A DNA stretch of 64,000 nt from an uncultured Lachnospiraceae bacterium. Lineage in GTDB: Bacteria; Bacillota; Clostridia; Lachnospirales; Lachnospiraceae. Positions within the stretch are counted from its first letter, which is position 1. The number at the start of each line of letters is the position of its first letter. The stretch lies in the NCBI GenBank assembly GCA_910588535.1, contig CAJUOO010000002.1, positions 47,176 to 111,175 of the forward strand, written 5' to 3'. Below are positions 16,344-25,608 of this stretch, piece after piece. The notes under the pieces are model-generated. The model saw only the letters and a list, made by a program, of their open reading frames with translations, ran no database searches and was not told the DNA's origin. A program made the position numbers and the translations under genes.

Positions 16344-17687
16344 CTACTCATGCGTGCTGACCGTCACATCAAACTCTATATTGGTATACCCTTCTCTTCC
16401 ACGGCGCATCACCTTAATGTGTATCACATCACCCGCCTGATGACTTTCCAGTAGATTCCGGTATGCTCTCATACTCCGCACTTCCACGCCATCAAATTCT
16501 ACTAAGACATCTCCGCTCTGCACGCCGGACTGGTACACTGGTGATCCCGCGACAGCTTCAGCGATATACACACCCTCAGGAAGCCCTGTCTCCTTTGCAA
16601 TATCAGCAGTCACATCCTGACCTTTAATGCCAAAATACAATATCTCCTGTTCATTGGACAGCCGTTCCAGCACTCCCTTCAAATCTGAGATAGCAAGTGC
16701 GGTCGTAATTCCATTTGACGCCCCATTTTTATAGATCTTTGTAATAACCCCCATAATCTCACCCTTGGTGTTAATCAAAAATCCGCCTCCTGTTGGGCTT
16801 TCCAATATATTCGTGTCGATCACACGATAATTCACATCGATCGCCTGAGCAATATTTCTCACAGAGGAAATCACTCCATATGACATAGAATAGTTATATC
16901 CAAAAGGATTTCCCACTGTCATGGCAAGTGCTCCCTGCTTCATGCTGTAAGAATTTCCCAGTACCGCCACCGGATATTCACTGAGAGCCTTCCCAAGCGG
17001 CGCCGGATCAACAGCAAGTACCGCCAGACCAGAAACGGGATCTGCCTTTCTCAAAACCGCGTCACATTCCTCACCATTTAAAAATGTCACCCATATATTA
17101 TCCGCCGCGTGAAGACTTTCCGCATCTGTAAGAATCAGAATCTCTGTGTCCGTCTTATTGTAGATAAGCCCTGCTGCTTCCTCTTTCAGCTCATAAGGCT
17201 GATTAAACAGATCCAACTTACTCTCTGCCGAGGTAACAGTCACTATGGATCGATTGACTGCCGCCACCACCTCATACATGGAATCATACAATGCCTCATA
17301 ATCCTCAAGTGTCAAACTTCTCTCTGATAAAACATTCTCCACTATCTGTTCAATTGGTTCTGTTGTTTCGGTCGGTGTAGTTGGTGCCTCTGTCGTCGTC
17401 TCAGGAGGACTGTCTGTCACGGGCTCCGTTGTCGGCGCCTCCGTCATAGTGGGAACCTCATCACGCGGTATTGTGACAGATGGCCTTACCCGATCTTCCT
17501 CCTTTACGATCATTCCCTTGTAAGAAAGCACAAAGACAAAACTGACTCCCGCTGTCACCCCAAATATCACCGCCAAAGTCACTGCCTTAACAATCTTCCA
17601 AAGCCGCCGTTTTATACTTGACTGTCTCACAATCTGCTCTGTGACAAAAGGCAGCTCTTTTTGTTCATCCCCTTTTCTGCCAGCCAT
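16344..17687 (-). CDS. HtrA/DegP-like trypsin-fold + PDZ membrane protein with apparently substituted catalytic triad
   Basis: It has an N-terminal TM helix, a Thr/Pro-rich linker, an S1C-like core (GNPFGYNYSMSYGVISS) and a C-terminal PDZ domain. GNSGG reads SPTGGG, DLAV reads GLAV and TNNHV reads TDAES. Confidence 0.75.
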   Translation of the reverse strand: MAGRKGDEQKELPFVTEQIVRQSSIKRRLWKIVKAVTLAVIFGVTAGVSFVFVLSYKGMIVKEEDRVRPSVTIPRDEVPTMTEAPTTEPVTDSPPETTTEAPTTPTETTEPIEQIVENVLSERSLTLEDYEALYDSMYEVVAAVNRSIVTVTSAESKLDLFNQPYELKEEAAGLIYNKTDTEILILTDAESLHAADNIWVTFLNGEECDAVLRKADPVSGLAVLAVDPAPLGKALSEYPVAVLGNSYSMKQGALAMTVGNPFGYNYSMSYGVISSVRNIAQAIDVNYRVIDTNILESPTGGGFLINTKGEIMGVITKIYKNGASNGITTALAISDLKGVLERLSNEQEILYFGIKGQDVTADIAKETGLPEGVYIAEAVAGSPVYQSGVQSGDVLVEFDGVEVRSMRAYRNLLESHQAGDVIHIKVMRRGREGYTNIEFDVTVSTHE

Positions 17688-17901
17688 ACCCTTCTCCTTC
17701 GCATCCTACGAACCTGTAAAAACACCCATATGCGCTATTATACCGAAACTTTATGAACAATTTATGAATGAATGTAAAAAAACTGTATTCAAACACCAAA
17801 AATTCGTGTATACTTGTACTAGAATCGCCGGTCCTTCTGCCCGGAAAGGTGATTGGAACAGATAATGACACAGTTACTATTTAATTATAGAAGGGATAAT
17901 C

Positions 17902-20268
17902 ATGAACGAGAAGGTTTTAAAAACACTAGAATTTACCAAGATCATCTCACAGCTTGAGGAATATGCCTCCTCCGATGCCGCTAAGGATATATGCCGGCAT
18001 CTGACTCCCTCCTCCGATCTGGAGACGATACAGACCAATCAGGCACAGACAAGTGATGCCTTAACACGCATCTTAAGAAAAGGGAGCATCTCCTTCTCCG
18101 GTATTCGTGACGTACGTGCATCCTTAAAAAGACTTGCCATCGGCAGTGTGCTGGGTATGGGAGAATTATTAGCTGTCAGCTCTTTGCTCGACTGTGCTGC
18201 ACGAGTTAAGGCATTTTCAAGAAATCTGGATGCTGACACCCAAGAAGATTCCTTAGATAGTTTTTTTGATGCACTGGAGCCACTCACTCCACTTAATCAT
18301 GAACTAAAGCGCTGCATTCTCTCCGAGGAGGAGATAAGCGACGATGCAAGCCCCGGACTAAAAAGTGTGCGCAGACAGATGCAGACAGCCAATGAGCGCA
18401 TACGCAGCCAGCTAAACTCTATGATAAGCAGCCAGACCACCCGCACCTACCTTCAGGAAAATGTAGTCACCATGAGGAATGGCAGATATTGTATTCCTGT
18501 AAAACAAGAATATCGCGGTCAAGTGCCCGGCATGATCCATGATCAATCATCCACAGGCTCCACATTATTTATTGAGCCAATGGCTGTGGTTAAACTAAAT
18601 AATGATATTAAAGAACTTATATTAAAGGAACAAGATGAGATCGAAAAGATTCTCTCTGAGTTAAGCAATCAGACGGCTGTTCATATCGAAGAGATTGAAG
18701 AGAATTTCACATTGCTGACCAAGCTAGATTTTATTTTTGCTAAGGCGATGTTGTCATGCTCCTACAAGGGAAGCGAGCCAATATTGAACCAACAGGGCAT
18801 TATTCATCTTAAGCAGGCAAGGCATCCTCTTCTCAACCCCGACCATGTTGTGCCATCCAATATCCATTTAGGAGAGGACTTTACACTGCTTATCGTCACC
18901 GGACCCAACACGGGAGGAAAAACCGTTTCTCTTAAGACTGTAGGATTGTTGACCTTGATGGGGCAGGCAGGGCTTCATATTCCTGCCTTTGATGGTTCTA
19001 AACTAGCTGTATTTGAGGAGGTCTACGCGGACATTGGAGATGAGCAGAGTATTGAGCAGAGCTTAAGTACCTTCTCTTCACATATGACCAATATCGTATC
19101 TATACTTGAGAAAGCTGACGATCGATCACTTGTTCTCTTTGACGAGCTGGGAGCAGGTACAGATCCCACAGAAGGCGCTGCCCTCGCGATCTCCATTCTG
19201 TCCTTTCTTCATAATATGCAGGTCAGAACCATGGCAACCACTCACTACAGTGAGCTTAAGGTCTATGCACTTTCCACAGAGGGAGTCGAAAATGCCTGTT
19301 GTGAATTTGACGTGGAGACTTTGCGTCCTACCTATCGCCTGCTTATCGGAATCCCCGGAAAGAGCAACGCATTCGCCATCTCTGGCAAGCTCGGTCTTCC
19401 TGCATTTCTGATAGAAGATGCAAAAAAACATGTTACGGAGCAGGATATCGCCTTTGAGGATCTGATATCTGATCTGGAAACCAGCCGTGTCACGATAGAG
19501 CGCGAGCGAGAAGAAATCAAGCACTATAAAGCAGAGGTTGAGACCTTAAAGCAAAAACTTGAGCAGAAACAGGAACGCTTTGAAGAACAGAAAGAACGAA
19601 TTCTTCGCGAGGCAACCGAGCAGGCAAGAGATATTCTGCAGGGAGCAAAGGACTATGTAGACGAGACCATAAGAAAATTTAATAAAGGACTGTCTGGTAA
19701 GGAGATGGAACAGGAGCGCAGCAAAGTTCGAGAAAAGCTATCCTCCACCAATGATAAGTTGTCCTTTCAGACAAAGCCAGCCAAGAAGAAGGCCTCCAAG
19801 GCAGAGGATTTCCACATCGGTGATGCTGTCCGGGTACTCTCACTTAATCTAAATGGAACAGTGAGCACATTACCTAACGCAAAGGGTGATCTCTTTGTTC
19901 AGATGGGAATTTTGCGGTCCCAGATTAACATCAAGGATCTGGAACGGCTTGATGAGCCTGTAATCACAGGTCCGAATCTTACAAAGACCTCCTCCGGCAA
20001 GATTAAGATGTCCAAGACCTCCACCATATCGCCGGAGATTAACTTAATTGGCAAGACCTCAGACGAAGCATTGTCCGAGTTGGATAAGTATCTGGATGAC
20101 GCATATTTGTCACATCTATCGCAGGTGCGCGTCGTGCATGGAAAAGGTACAGGAGCACTGCGGCAGGCAGTGCACACTCACCTTAAGCGCCAAAAATATA
20201 TTAAATCTTTTCATCTTGGCGCCTTTGGAGAGGGCGACGCAGGTGTGACAATAGTAGAATTTAAGTAA
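17902..20268 (+). CDS. mutS2: endonuclease MutS2 (with C-terminal Smr domain)
   Basis: Contains the Walker A motif GPNTGGKT, a coiled-coil region and the Smr motif VRVVHGKGTGALR at the C-terminus. Confidence 0.92.
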   Translation: MNEKVLKTLEFTKIISQLEEYASSDAAKDICRHLTPSSDLETIQTNQAQTSDALTRILRKGSISFSGIRDVRASLKRLAIGSVLGMGELLAVSSLLDCAARVKAFSRNLDADTQEDSLDSFFDALEPLTPLNHELKRCILSEEEISDDASPGLKSVRRQMQTANERIRSQLNSMISSQTTRTYLQENVVTMRNGRYCIPVKQEYRGQVPGMIHDQSSTGSTLFIEPMAVVKLNNDIKELILKEQDEIEKILSELSNQTAVHIEEIEENFTLLTKLDFIFAKAMLSCSYKGSEPILNQQGIIHLKQARHPLLNPDHVVPSNIHLGEDFTLLIVTGPNTGGKTVSLKTVGLLTLMGQAGLHIPAFDGSKLAVFEEVYADIGDEQSIEQSLSTFSSHMTNIVSILEKADDRSLVLFDELGAGTDPTEGAALAISILSFLHNMQVRTMATTHYSELKVYALSTEGVENACCEFDVETLRPTYRLLIGIPGKSNAFAISGKLGLPAFLIEDAKKHVTEQDIAFEDLISDLETSRVTIEREREEIKHYKAEVETLKQKLEQKQERFEEQKERILREATEQARDILQGAKDYVDETIRKFNKGLSGKEMEQERSKVREKLSSTNDKLSFQTKPAKKKASKAEDFHIGDAVRVLSLNLNGTVSTLPNAKGDLFVQMGILRSQINIKDLERLDEPVITGPNLTKTSSGKIKMSKTSTISPEINLIGKTSDEALSELDKYLDDAYLSHLSQVRVVHGKGTGALRQAVHTHLKRQKYIKSFHLGAFGEGDAGVTIVEFK

Positions 20269-20279
20269 CGGAGGCAACC

Positions 20280-20984
20280 ATGGCTGCAAAGCAGAAAATT
20301 TTGATTGTAGATGATGATGTCAACATCGCAGAGCTGATCTCATTATATCTGCTCAAGGAATGTTTTGACACAATGATTGTAAACGACGGGGAGGAAGCAC
20401 TTTCTGTATTCTCAACTTATAAACCGAATCTCGTCCTGCTTGACCTGATGCTTCCGGGTATTGACGGCTATCAGGTCTGCAGGGAGCTGCGCAGAGATTC
20501 CTCCGTGCCGATCATTATGCTCTCTGCAAAGGGTGAGATATTTGACAAGGTGCTGGGGCTTGAACTTGGTGCAGATGATTATATGATCAAGCCCTTTGAT
20601 TCCAAAGAACTGGTAGCAAGGGTAAAAGCTGTGCTTCGGCGCTACCAGCCCACCATACAGGAGCCAGAAGTCCCAAAGGGAAACTTTGTGGAATATCCGG
20701 ATCTCACCATTAACCTGACAAATTACTCTGTATTGTATAAAGGTTTTCCGGTGGAGATGCCACCAAAGGAATTGGAGCTTCTCTATTTTCTCGCCTCCTC
20801 GCCCAATCAAGTATTTACCAGAGAACAGCTCTTAGATCATATCTGGGGCTATGAATACATCGGAGACACACGCACGGTTGATGTACATATCAAGCGACTG
20901 CGTGAGAAAATCAAGGATCATGAAAGCTGGAGCTTGTCTACTGTGTGGGGAATTGGCTACAAATTCGAGGTACGCACAAGATGA
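20280..20984 (+). CDS. OmpR-family response regulator
   Basis: It has a receiver domain (ILIVDDD, LLDLMLPG) and a winged-helix C-terminus (VDVHIKRLREKI, WGIGYKF). Confidence 0.9.
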   Translation: MAAKQKILIVDDDVNIAELISLYLLKECFDTMIVNDGEEALSVFSTYKPNLVLLDLMLPGIDGYQVCRELRRDSSVPIIMLSAKGEIFDKVLGLELGADDYMIKPFDSKELVARVKAVLRRYQPTIQEPEVPKGNFVEYPDLTINLTNYSVLYKGFPVEMPPKELELLYFLASSPNQVFTREQLLDHIWGYEYIGDTRTVDVHIKRLREKIKDHESWSLSTVWGIGYKFEVRTR

Positions 20985-22387
20985 GAGGCACCGTCTACAC
21001 CAAGTTTATTATAGGATATATCTTATTTGGCTTATTTGGCTTTTTGACAATCGCTATCCTGACCTCAGATTGGACCTTCGATCACCTCGCCAGAGAGAGG
21101 GCACAGGAACTGTATAACGAGGCAAACTTAATTGCAAACCAGTATGGATCGGAATATTATAACAATCAGATGACGCGCTCAGAGGTGTCCATTCAGCTTA
21201 AGGCGGTGGATACCTTTTTGAACGTTACCATCTGGATGGTTGACACGACGGGAAATATTATTATTAATACTAGAGATTCTTCTCTAACTACCTCCTCTAT
21301 ACCTGATTTTGATCCCGCCTCCCTCGGCAAAAGCTTATATCAGATCGGTTATTATTATAATATGTTCTCGGAGGAGATGATCAGTGTCTCTGCACCGATC
21401 ACCTCCAATTTCCGCATACGGGGCTATATTATTATTCATTCGTCCATCCGATCCTTAAGAGGAGCGAGAGATGCTCTGCTCAATATATCCTATTTTACTT
21501 TACTGGTTATCTTTGTGCTGTCGCTTGTCTTTTTGGTTATCTTTACGGTCAGCATCTATCTTCCACTAAAAAAGATCACCGCTGCCGCAAATGCCTACGC
21601 GGAAGGCAATCTAAAATATAAGCTGATCTACTACAGCAACGACGAGATGGGCTACCTTGCCGCCACATTAAATTATATGGCACATGAACTAAACAAATCA
21701 GAAGAATATCAAAAAACCTTTATTGCCAATGTATCTCATGATTTTCGCTCTCCTTTAACCTCCATCAAGGGCTATGTTGAAGCGATGAAAGATGGTACCA
21801 TCCCCTACGAGATGCAGGAAAAATATCTGGATATCGTGATCTTTGAGACAGAGCGGCTGCGCAAGCTTACCAGCAGCTTGCTGACACTAAACTCCTATGA
21901 CTCCCGCGCGGTATTATTAGATATCAGCACCTTTGATATTAATCAGGTTATCAAAAATACACTTGCGTCCTTTGAAGGAACTTGCGGCAAAAAAAAGATA
22001 TCCTTTGTATTGACCTTAGATGAAAAGGTAAAGCCTGTCTCCGCCGATCTGGGAAAGATCCAGCAGGTATTATATAATTTAATTGACAATGCTGTGAAAT
22101 TCAGTCATAACAACTCTTCCATCCGCATAGCTGTGAGCGAGCGAAACGGAAAAATCTTTGTGTCTGTCAAGGATACTGGAATAGGAATTCCAAAAGATTC
22201 GATCGGAAAGATATGGGATCGGTTCTATAAAACGGATCTCTCACGTGGAAAGGATAAGAAAGGCACAGGACTCGGCCTTTCTATCACAAAAGAAATTATA
22301 CAAAGTCATAACGAAAATATCGATGTGATTTCCACCGAGGGGGTTGGGACAGAATTTATATTCTCGCTTCCCAAAGCAAAAAATTAA
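20981..22387 (+). CDS. sensor histidine kinase
   Basis: ATGA overlap with the regulator gene. It has two TM segments, a HAMP-like region, an H-box (SHDFRSPLTSIKGY) and N/G boxes (DNAVKF, GTGLGLSI). Confidence 0.9.
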   Translation: MRGTVYTKFIIGYILFGLFGFLTIAILTSDWTFDHLARERAQELYNEANLIANQYGSEYYNNQMTRSEVSIQLKAVDTFLNVTIWMVDTTGNIIINTRDSSLTTSSIPDFDPASLGKSLYQIGYYYNMFSEEMISVSAPITSNFRIRGYIIIHSSIRSLRGARDALLNISYFTLLVIFVLSLVFLVIFTVSIYLPLKKITAAANAYAEGNLKYKLIYYSNDEMGYLAATLNYMAHELNKSEEYQKTFIANVSHDFRSPLTSIKGYVEAMKDGTIPYEMQEKYLDIVIFETERLRKLTSSLLTLNSYDSRAVLLDISTFDINQVIKNTLASFEGTCGKKKISFVLTLDEKVKPVSADLGKIQQVLYNLIDNAVKFSHNNSSIRIAVSERNGKIFVSVKDTGIGIPKDSIGKIWDRFYKTDLSRGKDKKGTGLGLSITKEIIQSHNENIDVISTEGVGTEFIFSLPKAKN

Positions 22388-22422
22388 ATTCCCCACAGCC
22401 CCGCAGCTTCGCATAAGTGCAA

Positions 22423-22917
22423 TTATCTCCAGCTCAGCCGATGCAGCTCTCCCTCTCTTTGCATATGTACAAAGTCCTGCTGCCGCAAAGCCTCATACAA
22501 CACTATCGCAACAGAATTTGACAGATTCAGAGAGCGGATCTCTTCCTTCATCGGTATCCGCACCGCACACTCCTGATACTGCACCAGCAGCTCCTCTGGA
22601 AGCCCTGCACTTTCCTTTCCAAACATCAGGTAAGCAGAATCAGGATAGCGGACCTCGGCATAATTTTTCTTTGCCTTAGTCGTCGCCATAAATAGCTTGG
22701 CACTCGGATTCCTCTGCATAAAATCTTCAAAATTCTCATATACACTGACATCCAGATCCTTCCAATAATCCAAACCAGCGCGCCTAAGTTCCTTCTCCTC
22801 CAAGCGAAACCCCAAAGGCTTAATCAGATGAAGCCTACTTCCAGTCGCCACACAGGTCCTTCCAATATTTCCTGTATTTGCAGGAATCTCCGGCTCTAAC
22901 AGCACAATATTCATCAT
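22423..22917 (-). CDS. trmL: tRNA (cytidine/uridine-2'-O)-methyltransferase TrmL (SpoU family)
   Basis: The N-terminus reads MMNIVLLEPEIPANTGNIGRTC. ATGA overlap with the aminotransferase stop. The upstream 36 codons of the track ORF are discarded. Confidence 0.85.
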   Translation of the reverse strand: MMNIVLLEPEIPANTGNIGRTCVATGSRLHLIKPLGFRLEEKELRRAGLDYWKDLDVSVYENFEDFMQRNPSAKLFMATTKAKKNYAEVRYPDSAYLMFGKESAGLPEELLVQYQECAVRIPMKEEIRSLNLSNSVAIVLYEALRQQDFVHMQREGELHRLSWR

Positions 22918-24086
22918 CTTAGTTCTACCTCTAATTTCTTGATAAATCGTTCCAGTCTCTCCAAAGCTCTTTTTAAATCTTCCAAGGAATACGCGTAGGA
23001 TATTCTCAAAAAGCCTTCTCCGCAAGCTCCAAACGCCGTTCCGGGCACTATGGCAACCTTCTCTTCCATTAAAAGTCTTGTGGCAAACTCATCTGAGCTT
23101 AACCCAAATTTCTTAATGCTAGGAAATACATAAAATGCACCGAAGGGCTCAAAACATTGAAGTCCCATCTTTCGCAGAGCGTGAACCAGATAACGCCTTC
23201 TCTGATTATATGCCTCCCGCATGACAGCAATATCCTTATCACCATTTCGTAACGCCTCCACTGCCGCATACTGGCTGTTGGTGGGTGCACACATTATGGC
23301 AAATTGATGAATCTTAAGTATCTGCTCCATAATCTCCGCTGGTCCCGCCACATACCCAAGACGCCAGCCCGTCATAGCATATGCCTTAGAAAAGCCGTTG
23401 ATCACGATGGTCCGCTCCTTCATGCCCGGACATGCTGCTATGGATATATGCTCTGACTTGTACGTAAGCTCCGAGTAAATCTCATCCGATAGCACCAGAA
23501 TATCCTTCTCCACCACCACATTGGCGATCTCCAAAAGCTCTTCCCTCTCCATAATCGCTCCTGTCGGATTATTTGGAAAAGGAAAGACCAAAACCTTTGT
23601 CCTCGGTGTAATATGGGCAAGAAGCTGTTCTTTTGTGAGTCGAAACTCATTTTCCTCTTTTAATTCAATAATCACCGGTGTGGCACCAGCCATCACGGCA
23701 CAGGGAAGATAGGAGACAAAGCTCGGCTGTGGAATTAATACCTCATCGCCGGGATTGATAACAGCGCGCAGCGCATTGTCAATCCCCTCACTGCCTCCCA
23801 CCGTCACCACAATCTCCTTCTTGCTGTCATAACTAATTCCAATCCGCCTTTTAAGATAGCTGCCTATCTCTTCCCTCAGCTCCTTAAGACCTGCATTGGA
23901 TGTATAGAAGGTCCTTCCTCTCTCCAGAGAATAGATTCCCTCCTCCCTAATATGCCATGGTGTATCAAAATCAGGCTCCCCAACACCAAGTGAGATTGCA
24001 TCCTTCATCTCACTCACAATATCAAAAAACTTTCGAATACCGGAAGGTTCTATCTCCACTATTTTATCTGCCAAAAAATTTCTCAA
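22914..24086 (-). CDS. class I/II PLP-dependent aminotransferase (aspartate/aromatic type)
   Basis: Contains the EPSGIRKF and GVGEPDF motifs and the PLP-Lys motif SFSKAYAMTGWR. Confidence 0.88.
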   Translation of the reverse strand: MRNFLADKIVEIEPSGIRKFFDIVSEMKDAISLGVGEPDFDTPWHIREEGIYSLERGRTFYTSNAGLKELREEIGSYLKRRIGISYDSKKEIVVTVGGSEGIDNALRAVINPGDEVLIPQPSFVSYLPCAVMAGATPVIIELKEENEFRLTKEQLLAHITPRTKVLVFPFPNNPTGAIMEREELLEIANVVVEKDILVLSDEIYSELTYKSEHISIAACPGMKERTIVINGFSKAYAMTGWRLGYVAGPAEIMEQILKIHQFAIMCAPTNSQYAAVEALRNGDKDIAVMREAYNQRRRYLVHALRKMGLQCFEPFGAFYVFPSIKKFGLSSDEFATRLLMEEKVAIVPGTAFGACGEGFLRISYAYSLEDLKRALERLERFIKKLEVELR

Positions 24087-24565
24087 GGTGTCACCAGCAT
24101 CCTTTCCTCACGCACCATATCCACAAGCACTGTTCCGTGATCCTTATATTTCTTTAATACAAAATGCGTCGCTGTGCTTAAGATCGCATCCATGGGTGCA
24201 AGCTTATCAGAGACAAACTGCGCCACCTCCCGCATAGTTTTCTCCTCAATAATTACGGTAAAATCAAAACCGCCTGACATTAGATACACTGCATTTACCT
24301 CAGGAAATTTATAGATGCGCTCCGCTATCTTATCAAATCCCTGTCCTCTCTGCGGTGTCACCTTCACCTCAATAAGGGCTGTCACCTTCTCCTCGCTAGT
24401 ATTATCCCAGTTAATCAACGTGTGATAGCCACAGATCACCTTTTCTTGTTCCATCGCCGCGATCTCTTCCGCCACAGTTTCCTCTGGCTCACCAAGCAAG
24501 ACAGCGAGATCCTTTACTGCAATTCTGCTGTTTTTCTCAATAACAGCCAATATTTTCTCTCTCAT
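24083..24565 (-). CDS. Lrp/AsnC-family transcriptional regulator
   Basis: N-terminal HTH (ILAVIEKNSRIAVKDLAVLLG) plus an RAM-like domain. ATG at 24565 with SD AGAGGGA. 4-nt overlap with the aminotransferase start. Confidence 0.8.
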   Translation of the reverse strand: MREKILAVIEKNSRIAVKDLAVLLGEPEETVAEEIAAMEQEKVICGYHTLINWDNTSEEKVTALIEVKVTPQRGQGFDKIAERIYKFPEVNAVYLMSGGFDFTVIIEEKTMREVAQFVSDKLAPMDAILSTATHFVLKKYKDHGTVLVDMVREERMLVTP

Positions 24566-24589
24566 CCATATCCCTCTTTTCACTGATCT

Positions 24590-25597
24590 TTATTCTTCTC
24601 TTTCGCCAAGCGGCCCACCATAATTGGGCAGCTCCAAAAAACGCTTTTCCTCTCCATGAAACAATATCCTGTCTCTTCCTTCTGTCAACCTTCCTATCAC
24701 CACAGCCGACATTCCTTCTGCCATTAAACTCTTTCTTAGATGCTCTCCATCTTCTGCCGCAATTAGCAGACTTCCCGCAGAAGAAAGCTGATATGGATTC
24801 TTGTGAAGCAACTCACATACCTCTATCGTTTCCTGCTTGACAGGAATCGCCCTGACATCTACCTCTAAGCCAAGTCCTGCACCCTCTGCAAGCTCCCAGA
24901 GCGCGCCAAAGATACCTCCCTCCTCTATAGGAAGCACCGCAGCAGCATGGTATCGAAATGCTGCCTTTGCCTCCTGCACCACAGAAAGATACTGAAACAG
25001 CTCCTTGATGTGCGAGACAAACACTGGTGTAAATCGCCTACGCAGTTCCTTCTCATATATGGCAGCAAGCTGGATGGATGCCTCCATCGCAATCCAATTT
25101 ACCACAAGCAGATCCTGATTAGCGGCCAAATTTTGACCGGGCAGGAACTCCTGCCCGGCCTGTTCTCGTGTTCCAAATCCACTCAGTGTAAGATAGGGCT
25201 TCTTTACGGCCAAGGAGGCTTCAATTATGCCGGGAAGCAGAGATATGCCTAGCTTCTCTGCCTCCTTCTCCAATCCGCCAATCACCTTTCTTAAATCCGG
25301 CTCAGCAAAAGCCTCTGGACACAAAAGCTGAAGCTGAACTGCCAAAGGCTCAGCACCCATGGCAACACAGCTATTGACTGCTCGATGAAGCAGGATTCTT
25401 GCACAAAGTTCACCACCTGACAAAAGGGATGGGAGAAAGGCAGCCTTTGCAGAGACTGCCACACTCCCCTCCTTCACAGACAAAATACTGCCTGCCCTTC
25501 CCACTTCTGCTCTCTGTTTTATCTCTGATCTTCTATTCTTTATTTTTCTCAGCACAGAACGCTTCCATATTGGCTCTGATATTCTGCCCTCTTTCAT
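24590..25597 (-). CDS. AIR synthase-related (PurM-like fold) protein
   Basis: 335 aa with the general PurM/HypE-like pattern, but the assignment is weak. ATG at 25597 with SD AGGAGG 6 nt upstream. Confidence 0.55.
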   Translation of the reverse strand: MKEGRISEPIWKRSVLRKIKNRRSEIKQRAEVGRAGSILSVKEGSVAVSAKAAFLPSLLSGGELCARILLHRAVNSCVAMGAEPLAVQLQLLCPEAFAEPDLRKVIGGLEKEAEKLGISLLPGIIEASLAVKKPYLTLSGFGTREQAGQEFLPGQNLAANQDLLVVNWIAMEASIQLAAIYEKELRRRFTPVFVSHIKELFQYLSVVQEAKAAFRYHAAAVLPIEEGGIFGALWELAEGAGLGLEVDVRAIPVKQETIEVCELLHKNPYQLSSAGSLLIAAEDGEHLRKSLMAEGMSAVVIGRLTEGRDRILFHGEEKRFLELPNYGGPLGEREE

Positions 25598-25608
25598 TCT
25601 CTGTCCTC

